Shown here one piece after another: positions 37,163 to 45,472 of a stretch of DNA of 45,472 nucleotides. The notes beneath the pieces were generated by a model. It made no database searches. It saw only the letters and a program-made list of their open reading frames with translations, and was not told the DNA's origin. The position numbers and the translations under genes are program-made. The stretch's first letter is position 1, and every line of letters begins with the position of its first letter. Source of the DNA: a bacterium (lineage in GTDB: Bacteria > Zhuqueibacterota > Zhuqueibacteria > Oceanimicrobiales > Oceanimicrobiaceae); the NCBI GenBank assembly GCA_046757165.1, contig JBHHXT010000021.1, forward strand, positions 1 through 45,472. Direction: 5' to 3'.

Positions 37163-39514
37163 ATGGTCAGACACGGTTTCATCTTGCTCTTGTCCCTCTT
37201 CACAGGCGCAGGCATTTCAGTGGCGCAAAGGGCCGCGACTGTCGAGGGTGTGGTGCTCGACAGCACCACCCGGCAACCCCTGCCGGAAGCGGCGGTTCAC
37301 ATCGTCGGCAAAGCCATCGGGGATGTTGCGGATTCAACCGGCTTCTATCAAATCTCAAACGTGCCCGCGGGGATGTGCTTGCTGCGGGCGAGCCGCATCG
37401 GCTATGAAGCGCAAACGGTCGACACCCTTTTTCTGAGCGCGGGAGAAACGCGCAGGGTCGACTTTTTTCTGCAAGCGAGAATGGTTCAGCTCAGGGGGGT
37501 CGAGGTCGAAGCCGACCGTCTGTGGGAAAAACACCTCACCGAAGCGTCTCTGGTCGGGGTGCACCACATTCGCGCGCGCGACATCGGCGCCATTCCGGGT
37601 GCGCTGGATGATCCGTCGCGAGCGGTGCAAATTTTCAGCGGCGTCTCCGGCGGTGGCGATTACAGCGGCTACCTGGCCGTGCGCGGCGGCAGCCCGGACC
37701 AGAACCAGGTCATCATGGATGGGGTGATCATTCCGAATCCATACCGCTTTCGCCTGGCGTTCGGCGGCGGACTCAGCATCATCAATCCGAACACGACCGA
37801 GGACATTTATTTGCACCTCGGCGGTTTCTCAGCGGAGTACGGCAACGCCCTCTCCTCCATTCTCGAAGTCCAATCCCGCACAAGCGCCCGCGAGCATGTC
37901 CGGTTCCAGGGCTCCCTCAATTTTACGGATATGAACGCCCTGGTCGAGGGGCCGGTGGCCAACCACAAAGGCGGCTATCTGTTCTCCTTTCGCAGAACGT
38001 ATTATGACCTGATCGTCAACCAATTCGCCAGCAACCACTCGGCTTTTCCATTTTTCTACGAATTCAGCAGCCACTGGACCCTTGACCTCACCGAAAGCGA
38101 CCGGCTGACCATTCGTTACACAAGAAGTCGCGAAGGAGCTGAGCTGCAAGAAGAATTCCTGGAAAACCTGAGATTGGAGGAAGAGGCCGAGTCTGACATG
38201 GCCAGTATCACCTGGCGCAAGCTGATTGGAGAACGATGGCGTTTGAACACGACGCTCTCATGGTACCGGGACGAGACCAGCTACCGCGCTTTCGCGCGCG
38301 ACACCAGCAGCACAGTCCCAAATGAGCAAGAGGAACCGGTGCCCAACAACGACGTGCTGGACCTCTTTGAGTCCCTCAACGCAAAAGAGAAGAACTTCTC
38401 CTTCAAACATGAAATCCGGCTCAAAACAGGGCATGCGAGCTGGCTGACCTGGGGGGGCTCGGCGACCATCATTCCAGCGGAAATTGATTTCGACTCCGCC
38501 GAGCTGAACTTTGTCTACGGACGCACCGAAGCGCCGAAGGACATTCAATTCGGCCGCAGCCACCGCTACTACGCCACCTATCTCGAAAGCTCGACGCAAG
38601 CCACCGACAGGCTGCACCTGCGCATCGGCGCCCGCTATGACGCCTCCACGCTGGTCGACGAAGGCGAACTCAGCCCGCGCTTCAGCATCTGGTACGAGCT
38701 GGACGAGCACACCAGGCTGGAAGGCTCGTGGGGCCTTTTCTATCAGTATCCGAATCCAATGACCGTGTATTCACGCAATACGCCGGTCGATTTGAGTCAG
38801 AATCTGAACATTTTGTCCGCTGAAAAAGCGACGCATCAGATTGTAGGCATAGAAAGAGAATTTGGCCAGGCTTATGTCGCCAGGGCGCAGTTCTACCGCA
38901 AGGAGTTCGACCGTCTGCTGCTGCCCGAAGATGAGGTCACCTACTTGCCCAGAAACGATGGCCGCGGGTTTGCCAACGGGCTGGAATTCATCCTGGAGAA
39001 AAAGCCCGGGCCGGACAGCCGGTTGAGCGGTATCGTGAGCTACGCTTTTGGCAGGGCCCGGTACCGCTCGCAGAGCAGTGGCAGCCAAGAGTGGCGGCGC
39101 TTCAAATACGACCGGCGCCACGCCCTGACCGTGCTGGGCGACATCCGCTTGTTTGACAGATGGAGCTTGAGCCTCCTGGGACAGCTCGCCAGCGGGCTAC
39201 CCTATACGGAGGTGACCGGACTTCGCAATCATTCCATCCACGGCATGTCGGAGTGGCGTTTCGTGCACGGGCCGCGATTCGGCGCACAATTCCCAACCTT
39301 CAAAAAAGTAGACGCACGCCTCAGCTACCGGCGACGCGGCCGGGGCGATGGCTTTGAATTCTACCTGGACATCATCAACCTGACCAACGAGAAAAACACC
39401 TACGAGATTACCTGGGAGCAACGAAGCTACGCCGACGGAAGACAGGAGACCACCAGACGAAAAATATTCATGTTGCCGCGGATTCCGTCGTTTGGCATAA
39501 ATTTCCGGTTCTGA
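37163..39514 (+). CDS. TonB-dependent receptor with N-terminal carboxypeptidase-regulatory-like domain, copy 1 (start MVRHG)
   Basis: GGGAG RBS, signal peptide, VEGVVLDSTTRQPLP domain, plug VRGGSPDQN...GGFSAEYGNALSS, C-terminal FGINFRF. Confidence 0.9.
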   Translation: MVRHGFILLLSLFTGAGISVAQRAATVEGVVLDSTTRQPLPEAAVHIVGKAIGDVADSTGFYQISNVPAGMCLLRASRIGYEAQTVDTLFLSAGETRRVDFFLQARMVQLRGVEVEADRLWEKHLTEASLVGVHHIRARDIGAIPGALDDPSRAVQIFSGVSGGGDYSGYLAVRGGSPDQNQVIMDGVIIPNPYRFRLAFGGGLSIINPNTTEDIYLHLGGFSAEYGNALSSILEVQSRTSAREHVRFQGSLNFTDMNALVEGPVANHKGGYLFSFRRTYYDLIVNQFASNHSAFPFFYEFSSHWTLDLTESDRLTIRYTRSREGAELQEEFLENLRLEEEAESDMASITWRKLIGERWRLNTTLSWYRDETSYRAFARDTSSTVPNEQEEPVPNNDVLDLFESLNAKEKNFSFKHEIRLKTGHASWLTWGGSATIIPAEIDFDSAELNFVYGRTEAPKDIQFGRSHRYYATYLESSTQATDRLHLRIGARYDASTLVDEGELSPRFSIWYELDEHTRLEGSWGLFYQYPNPMTVYSRNTPVDLSQNLNILSAEKATHQIVGIEREFGQAYVARAQFYRKEFDRLLLPEDEVTYLPRNDGRGFANGLEFILEKKPGPDSRLSGIVSYAFGRARYRSQSSGSQEWRRFKYDRRHALTVLGDIRLFDRWSLSLLGQLASGLPYTEVTGLRNHSIHGMSEWRFVHGPRFGAQFPTFKKVDARLSYRRRGRGDGFEFYLDIINLTNEKNTYEITWEQRSYADGRQETTRRKIFMLPRIPSFGINFRF

Positions 39515-39752
39515 GTCCCCAGCCGAGGGAAATAACCCAAAAAATAAATTGTATTCATAATAGGAAAAGCGCTTGCTAAAAAGCAAGTTTCCTATAAATT
39601 GTTGCAGGTCAGAGGGTTTTCCACAGCCTGCCACGATTGAGGCCGTGAGGGTCTTCACGCACACGGCTTACGACAATTTCCACCTCGGACCAGGAACAGG
39701 TGGTTCGTCACCTCCAAACTTTGACGTGTGAGCGTCGCGATGATTCTTTGCT

Positions 39753-41459
39753 ATGTGGTGCTCTCGTTCGTGTGAAATTTTTGATCACGAGTGTGCAAAA
39801 CGTGCGCGCTCACCCTGGTTTCTTTGGCTGGCTCTTACGGCCTGTCTGCTCCCGGGCTGCGATTTGAAATTCCAGCAGGCTGATTCAAGAATCTTCAACG
39901 AAGCGCCAGTTCGGCTGACGAGGAGTCCGTCACCCAAGAATGACCCGGCATGGTCGCCGGATGGGGCGAAAATCGCCTATTCTGTCACGATTCGTTCCAC
40001 CGAGATTTTCACGTTTCCCCTGACCGCGGACGCCCGTGTGCAGCTCGGCTATGTTCGGGGCACAATAGTTGCGAGCCAATTCGACATCTCGCCCGACGGT
40101 ACGCAACTGGTCTTCGCATCAAATGATACCGGGCAGTTGGTTGTGGCCAATATCCAGAACAGCATGACATCGATTCTGACGCCGGAGCACACAGGCGCCA
40201 GTGGCCCGGCTTGGTCACCGGACGGCACGCTCATCGCGTTCAGCGCGCCTGACAACGCCAGCAGTCTCAGCCTGTGGACGGTGCCGGGCGGCGGCGGCAG
40301 GGTCACCAAGATTACCGCCGAGCCGGGCAGTGAAGTCAACCCATCCTGGTCACCAGATGGAGCAAGGATAGTGTTCGAACTTCGACGCGATACATTGTGC
40401 ACCCTACAGATCGTCGACCTCGCCACCGGGGAGGTCACGCCGCTGACGCCGGATTCCGTCTGCAACCACGATCCGGCCTGGTCCCCGGACGGCACCACGA
40501 TCGCCTACGTCTCGACCCGCAACGACACCACCTCGATCTGGACGCTCACGCTCACCGACAGCCAGGAGACACGCGTCACAAAAGTGATTCCTCTCGCCAA
40601 CCGGCCGGCCTGGTCCCCGGACGGGACGAGAATCGCTTACCGCACGCCGGAAGGCATCTGGATTTCATCGCCAAAGGGGGTGCTGCTGAGCTCCACGACC
40701 ATCAAAGAACCGTTTCCGGTCTGGCTCCCCGGGCAAAACACGTTGCTGGAGATCGCCACCGTGGAGAACGCCTTCATCGAGGTCATCTCATTGGATGATT
40801 CCACCAAAACGCCGGTGACCCGCCTATCCGAGGCGTACAGCGACTTCACACCAGCCTGGTTCCCGGACAGCGAGACCCTGGTGTTTGCGCGCGAATTTTC
40901 GGACACAACGGCCGTCCGGCGCACCTTGTGGGTGACGACGTACCCGGACGGCGTTGCGGCGCCGCTCTTCGGCCCGCCGGACCGCAACGGCTTCGAGAAC
41001 AATCCCGCCGTTTCCCCGGACGGCACCCTGCTGGTTTTCGACGATGGCTTCTCCATCTTCCTGAATGTGGTCGGCAGTCAAACGGTGCTCGACCTCATGC
41101 CGTTCATCGGCGGCAACCTCAGACAGGCTGCCTGGTCGCCACAGGGCGACGGCTTCATCTGCAACAACGGCAGCAAGATGAGAATCTTTCGAACGGATTC
41201 CAGTCTGGTGGTGTCCCAGCAAGTCATCAATCGCAGCTTTCGGAACCCCGCGTGGTCCAGTCCACACCCGGTATTCGGCGAAAACATCGCGGGTGAGAGT
41301 TCCAGCGGCATCCACCTGATGTCAGTCGACGGCACTTCGACCAGGCTCATCATCCCGGGCGGCAGAGACGCCTCCTGGGCACCCGACGGCGCCAACCTGG
41401 CTTATGTGCGCGAGGATCAAGTGTACGTCCTGAAAATATTGCTGCGATTGCTGGAGTAA
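39753..41459 (+). CDS. PD40/TolB-like beta-propeller lipoprotein, copy 2
   Basis: LPGC lipobox, mature start CDLKF (copy 1: CDLQF), about 12 PD40 repeats; collinear with copy 1. Confidence 0.85.
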   Translation: MWCSRSCEIFDHECAKRARSPWFLWLALTACLLPGCDLKFQQADSRIFNEAPVRLTRSPSPKNDPAWSPDGAKIAYSVTIRSTEIFTFPLTADARVQLGYVRGTIVASQFDISPDGTQLVFASNDTGQLVVANIQNSMTSILTPEHTGASGPAWSPDGTLIAFSAPDNASSLSLWTVPGGGGRVTKITAEPGSEVNPSWSPDGARIVFELRRDTLCTLQIVDLATGEVTPLTPDSVCNHDPAWSPDGTTIAYVSTRNDTTSIWTLTLTDSQETRVTKVIPLANRPAWSPDGTRIAYRTPEGIWISSPKGVLLSSTTIKEPFPVWLPGQNTLLEIATVENAFIEVISLDDSTKTPVTRLSEAYSDFTPAWFPDSETLVFAREFSDTTAVRRTLWVTTYPDGVAAPLFGPPDRNGFENNPAVSPDGTLLVFDDGFSIFLNVVGSQTVLDLMPFIGGNLRQAAWSPQGDGFICNNGSKMRIFRTDSSLVVSQQVINRSFRNPAWSSPHPVFGENIAGESSSGIHLMSVDGTSTRLIIPGGRDASWAPDGANLAYVREDQVYVLKILLRLLE

Positions 41460-41620
41460 CCCTGACAAGCCGGAAATGCGAAATCCTAATCTCGAAACTC
41501 GAAAGAAACTGAATCACAAGAAGTCTTGCCAAAGAATGACAGAACTTGACTTGTCAGGGCCTAAACTCGAAACTCGAAAAAAAGTGTGCTGCAAAAAAAT
41601 CTTGCCAAAAAGTGACAGAA
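41460..41620. repeat. 100-bp element with 10-bp terminal inverted repeats, plus a partial direct duplication
   Basis: CCCTGACAAG (41460-41469) / CTTGTCAGGG (41550-41559); the internal 41485-41544 segment is imperfectly repeated at 41560-41620. Confidence 0.65.
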
Positions 41621-41642
41621 AAGAATTCGCCAGCCTGGATTC

Positions 41643-43979
41643 ATGAGCACCAAAGCGCACAGAATTTCACAAATGAGATGCTTCGCTCTAATCGGGATTG
41701 TTCTGATTGCACTCGTCAGGCCAGAATTGAGCCCGGCTCAGACGACGGGGGCCATCGAGGGCAAGGTCTTCGACAAAACCACGGGCCTGCCTATGGGTGA
41801 CGTCAACATAGAAGTGGTTGGCACCCGGCTCGGAGATGTGACAGACGCGACCGGATTCTACCAGCTCCCGAACCTGCGCGCGGGCACCTATCGGCTGCGC
41901 GCCTCGCGGATTGGATATGAACCGCTGGTGAAATCTATCGAGCTAAAGCCGAATGAAATTGTCAGGCAGGCGTTTCATCTCCCACTCGTCTTGATTCAGC
42001 TCAGCGGAGTCGAGATCGAGGCGGAACGCCTGTGGGAGAAGTACCTGACCGAAGCCTCGCTCGTTGGGGTGCAGCGCATGCGAGCCCGCCAGGTCAGCAA
42101 CATTCCCGGCGCGCTCGATGATCCCACGCGGGCCGTGCAAATCTTCAGCGGCGTCTCGGGAGGCGGCGACTACAGCGGTTTTGTGGCCATCCGCGGCGGC
42201 AGCCCGGACCAAAACCAGGTGATCATCGATGGGGTGGAGGTGCCCAATCCATACCGTTTCCGCCTGGCATTTGGCGGCGGACTGAGCACCATCAACCCCA
42301 ACACGACGGAAGACATCTACCTGCACCTGGGCGGCTTCTCAGCGGAGTACGGCAACTCGCTCACCTCCATCCTGGAAGTGGAAACCCGCACGGGCAACCG
42401 CGAGCGGGTGCGCACACAGGGCACCATCAATTTCACCGATGTCAGCGCCATCGTCGAAGGTCCGCTACCTGCGCTCAACGGCTCCTTTTTGCTCTCGCTG
42501 CGAAGGACTTACTACGACCTGATCGTCAATCAAATCTCCAAGAGCAATTCTGTTTTTCCGTTCTTTTACGACTTCACCGGCAAGTGGTCCTTTGAGCTCA
42601 ACAAGACGAATCGCGTCACGCTCAATTTCACCCGAATGCGTGAGGGCACGGAACTACTCAACGAGTTCTCTGAAGACCTGAATCTGGAAGAAGCGGTCAA
42701 CTCCAATATCGCCAGTATTTCCTGGCGCCGTTTGCAGGGCGAAAGGTGGCAATTCAATACCCTGCTCTCCCTCTACACAGATGACATGAGCTACCGGGCG
42801 TTCGCCAGCGACACCGCCAGCAAAATCCAGGAGTTTGAATCCATCGACGCGCAAGTGACCCATATCGCGTTCAAAGAGAATGTCCGCTACAAAACCGGCC
42901 CGGAAAGCTGGTTCAACTGGGGTCTTTCGGTCACCTCGGTGCCGTCGCGAATCGACTTCGATTCGGCGGATTTGAGCTTTCTCTATGCTCGCATCGAGTC
43001 ACCGCGCGACATCCGGTTCGACCGCAACACGACCACTTATGCCAGCTATCTGGAAGCGAATACCAAGGCCTCGGAGCGCCTGCATCTGCGCATCGGGGTC
43101 CGGTACGATTACTCCACCCTGGTTCACGAGGGCGAGATCAGCCCCCGTTTCAACCTCTGGTACCAGCTCGACGACAAAACCACGGTGAATGCTTCCTGGG
43201 GCGTGTTTTATCAATACCCCAATCCCCTGTCTATCTACACGCGCAACATCCCGGTGGATTTGAGCACGAATCTGGAGGTGATCTCGGCCGAGAAAGCCAC
43301 ACATTTTATCCTGGGCATCGAGCGCATGCTCGACGACGATTTCACCGCCAGACTGAACGTTTACAACAAAGACATCGACCGGCTGCTGCTGCCTGAAAAC
43401 GAATTTACCTTTGCGCCGGAAAACAGCGGTCGCGGACTGGCCCGGGGCTTTGAATTCATGCTGGAAAAGAAACCGGCACCGCAAAGACGGATCAGCGGCA
43501 TCCTCTCCTATGCTTATGGCAACGCCAGATACCGCACGTTGCAGAGCAAGGTGTGGCTGCCGTTCAAATATGACCGCCGGCACGCGCTGACCGCGTTGCT
43601 CAACGTGAAGCTGTTCGGCAACTGGGCCGTGAGCCTGCTCGGTCAATTCGCCACCGGATTGCCATTCACCGACGTGCTGGGCGTGCGGACGACGTTGAAC
43701 GCCGACGGCACCACGCGCTGGGACTTCGTGCGCGGGGACCGGTTTCAGGCACGGTTCCCGGATTTCAAAAAGGTAGACGCCCGTCTGAGCTATCAGAGCC
43801 GCGTCGGGCCAAACCGCCTTTCATTCTACCTTGACATTATCAACTTGACCAATGAGCAAAATCTGTACGAAATCACATGGGAGAAGAAATTCCTCCCGGA
43901 CGAGACGCAGCGCGGCACCCGGCGCATGATCTACATGCTGCCGCTGATCCCGTCATTTGGGGTGAGCTTCAGGTTCTGA
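41643..43979 (+). CDS. TonB-dependent receptor, copy 2 (alternative start 41673)
   Basis: Same architecture and near-identical plug to copy 1 (IRGGSPDQN...GGFSAEYGNSLTS); C-terminal FGVSFRF. Confidence 0.9.
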   Translation: MSTKAHRISQMRCFALIGIVLIALVRPELSPAQTTGAIEGKVFDKTTGLPMGDVNIEVVGTRLGDVTDATGFYQLPNLRAGTYRLRASRIGYEPLVKSIELKPNEIVRQAFHLPLVLIQLSGVEIEAERLWEKYLTEASLVGVQRMRARQVSNIPGALDDPTRAVQIFSGVSGGGDYSGFVAIRGGSPDQNQVIIDGVEVPNPYRFRLAFGGGLSTINPNTTEDIYLHLGGFSAEYGNSLTSILEVETRTGNRERVRTQGTINFTDVSAIVEGPLPALNGSFLLSLRRTYYDLIVNQISKSNSVFPFFYDFTGKWSFELNKTNRVTLNFTRMREGTELLNEFSEDLNLEEAVNSNIASISWRRLQGERWQFNTLLSLYTDDMSYRAFASDTASKIQEFESIDAQVTHIAFKENVRYKTGPESWFNWGLSVTSVPSRIDFDSADLSFLYARIESPRDIRFDRNTTTYASYLEANTKASERLHLRIGVRYDYSTLVHEGEISPRFNLWYQLDDKTTVNASWGVFYQYPNPLSIYTRNIPVDLSTNLEVISAEKATHFILGIERMLDDDFTARLNVYNKDIDRLLLPENEFTFAPENSGRGLARGFEFMLEKKPAPQRRISGILSYAYGNARYRTLQSKVWLPFKYDRRHALTALLNVKLFGNWAVSLLGQFATGLPFTDVLGVRTTLNADGTTRWDFVRGDRFQARFPDFKKVDARLSYQSRVGPNRLSFYLDIINLTNEQNLYEITWEKKFLPDETQRGTRRMIYMLPLIPSFGVSFRF

Positions 43980-44008
43980 TTCTTTTGGCAGACTTCGCTG
44001 CGAAAAAA

Positions 44009-44090
44009 GTCATTTGGCGCTTCGCGCCGTCATTTGCCCTGCGGGCGTCATTTGGTCCTTGCTTGCCAATGACGCCCGTAGGGTAAATGA
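44009..44090. repeat. REP-like palindromic cluster
   Basis: Three GTCATTTG units separated by mini-palindromes; 44030-44055 is an imperfect inverted repeat of 44066-44090. Confidence 0.65.
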
Positions 44091-44106
44091 AACTCAGATG
44101 CTTTCT

Positions 44107-44141
44107 TCTCACATTTCACGTTTGACGTTTCACCTCTCACG
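44107..44141. repeat. Five tandem degenerate heptamers
   Basis: TCTCACA TTTCACG TTTGACG TTTCACC TCTCACG. Confidence 0.65.
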
Positions 44142-44205
44142 ACCGATAGTGAGGACAGTCCACGAAATGAACAAGCCTATTTTTCTTACGACCAGGGAAC
44201 CTGCC

Positions 44206-45072
44206 ATGTCCAGAGAAAGAGCAAGAGTAAGTGCAATGTGGTGGATCTTCGTGCTGGCTTCTTTGCTGAGCTGTGTACGGAATTCGCCAACCTCGACCAC
44301 CGCGGCCGCGGGCGAATTCACCCTGTTGACCTACAATGTCGCCGGCCTGCCGCAGGGCATCTCGCCTTCAAATCCGGCAAAAAACATCCCGCTTATCAGT
44401 CCCCTGCTCAACAGGTACGACCTGGTCGTTGTTCAGGAGGATTTCTTTTACCATCAGGAGCTCGAGTCGCGCGCCGAGCACCCGCACCGATCGACGCCGA
44501 AAGCGCCCAAAGAACGGTTCACCTCGGGCGACGGGTTGAACCGCTTTTCGGTCTTTCCCTTCAGCCGGTTTCAGCGGCTGGAGTGGGTAAGCTGCTCCAA
44601 CGCCAGTGGCAATGACTGCCTGGCCCGAAAAGGCTTTTCCGTCGCGGAGCACGAGCTCGCGCCCGGCGTCCGGATCGACCTCTACAACCTGCACCTGGAC
44701 TCTGGCAGCGAGCCCGGCGACTTCCAGGCGCGCAGCAGACAGATCGACCAGCTTCTCAACGAGATCAACCGGCGTTCCGCCGGCAAGGCCGTCATCGTTG
44801 CCGGCGACATGAATCTCCACCTCGAAAACCGTGCCCAAGACCTGTCGATGTTTCAGAGCCTGCTGCAACTGGCGGGACTCACCGATGCCTGCCAGGCCCG
44901 CTCCTGCCCCACAGAGCTGGTGGACCGGGTCCTGTTCCGCGGTTCGACCCGCTTGAATCTCACCGTCACCGAGTGGAAAAGGGATTCAGATTTTGTCGAT
45001 GAAAATGGCCAGAAGTTGAGTGACCATTTTGCGGTCGGGGTGAGGTTTGAGTGGGAGGGTCGTTCAGATTAG
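44206..45072 (+). CDS. Endonuclease/exonuclease/phosphatase (EEP) family lipoprotein (start 44206 or 44236)
   Basis: LLSC lipobox; LTYNV, VVQED, YNLHLD, AGDMN, VDRV and LSDH catalytic motifs of the EEP fold. Confidence 0.85.
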   Translation: MSRERARVSAMWWIFVLASLLSCVRNSPTSTTAAAGEFTLLTYNVAGLPQGISPSNPAKNIPLISPLLNRYDLVVVQEDFFYHQELESRAEHPHRSTPKAPKERFTSGDGLNRFSVFPFSRFQRLEWVSCSNASGNDCLARKGFSVAEHELAPGVRIDLYNLHLDSGSEPGDFQARSRQIDQLLNEINRRSAGKAVIVAGDMNLHLENRAQDLSMFQSLLQLAGLTDACQARSCPTELVDRVLFRGSTRLNLTVTEWKRDSDFVDENGQKLSDHFAVGVRFEWEGRSD

Positions 45073-45472
45073 CGGCTCATGACGGCGCCATTATTTCACG
45101 AACGGGTACCAGAATCTTGACTTTGTTTCCAAGATTCTTCCTGGTTGCACCTCGTTCAGACGGTCTCCGTCGCTGATTAAGGCCGTAATGTGATCGCACT
45201 TTTGAAATTAACTTAAGATACTCATTTCTCAGAGCCTTTGTGCGATATTTTCTAAAGGAGCAAGTCAGGCGAACTTCTATTGTGAAAAAAAATGGGGAAG
45301 ATCCAGATTAAATCAAAATTTTGGGCTGGAACATTTTGTTGAGATCCAATATACTTACTATACTTACTAAAAGATTTGTCACATCCCCTAGCGTGTAGAG
45401 GTGCCAATTGAGAAATTTCTTCCTTTGTTGCATCGGCAGTTCCGTTCTGTTTTTCTCCTGCGCCTATCGCCA

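Noticed and set aside
35494..41459. Calling the PD40 proteins tolB
   Set aside because: They are lipoproteins with about twice the repeats, lack the TolB N-terminal domain, and have no tolQRA/pal context.
41590..41607. sigma54-like TGGCAAGATTTTTTTGCA on the minus strand
   Set aside because: GG-GC spacing is 2 nt too long, it faces away from the genes, and it is part of the repeat element.
41485..41620. Direct repeats as a mini CRISPR array
   Set aside because: Only two imperfect copies, no unique spacers of regular length, no cas genes.
45350..45369. 9-bp tandem TATACTTAC x2 in the AT-rich right end
   Set aside because: Two copies only in low-complexity DNA, and the downstream gene lies outside the window, so no function can be supported.

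Overview
Chromosomal window from a diderm bacterium. Gene content (Bat/MoxR operon, GWxTD protein, TonB-dependent receptors with an N-terminal carboxypeptidase-regulatory-like domain, sigma54 promoters) suggests an FCB-superphylum lineage such as KSB1, Calditrichota or Ignavibacteria (inference). Bases 212-35193 are all minus-strand genes. In transcription order: unknown OMP-comF; gap-tpiA-secG-tRNA-Leu(GAG) with no pgk; a TPR protein; fadD; a STAS/anti-sigma kinase fusion; a small membrane protein; degP-dnaJ(class B)-degP-zinc ribbon-dnaK; an expanded MoxR/DUF58/BatA-E locus followed by tonB; a Tyr-rich lipoprotein with a FadL-like OMP; a GWxTD/TPR protein; a lipoprotein. Bases 35494-45072 are plus-strand: two paralogous modules of [PD40 beta-propeller lipoprotein + TonB-dependent receptor], then an EEP-family phosphodiesterase lipoprotein. 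The most notable signals: three near-consensus sigma54 promoters (dnaK, dnaJ, lipoprotein-fadL) with IHF-like and TGTCA enhancer-like sites; a DegP with Glu in place of the catalytic Asp; a PPIase-less PrsA/TPR lipoprotein and a split BatC inside the Bat locus; the duplicated propeller-lipoprotein/TBDR module; a structured gap leader; several small repeat elements. No CRISPR array, rRNA, transposase or prophage genes were seen. All calls come from motif recognition by eye; no searches were run.
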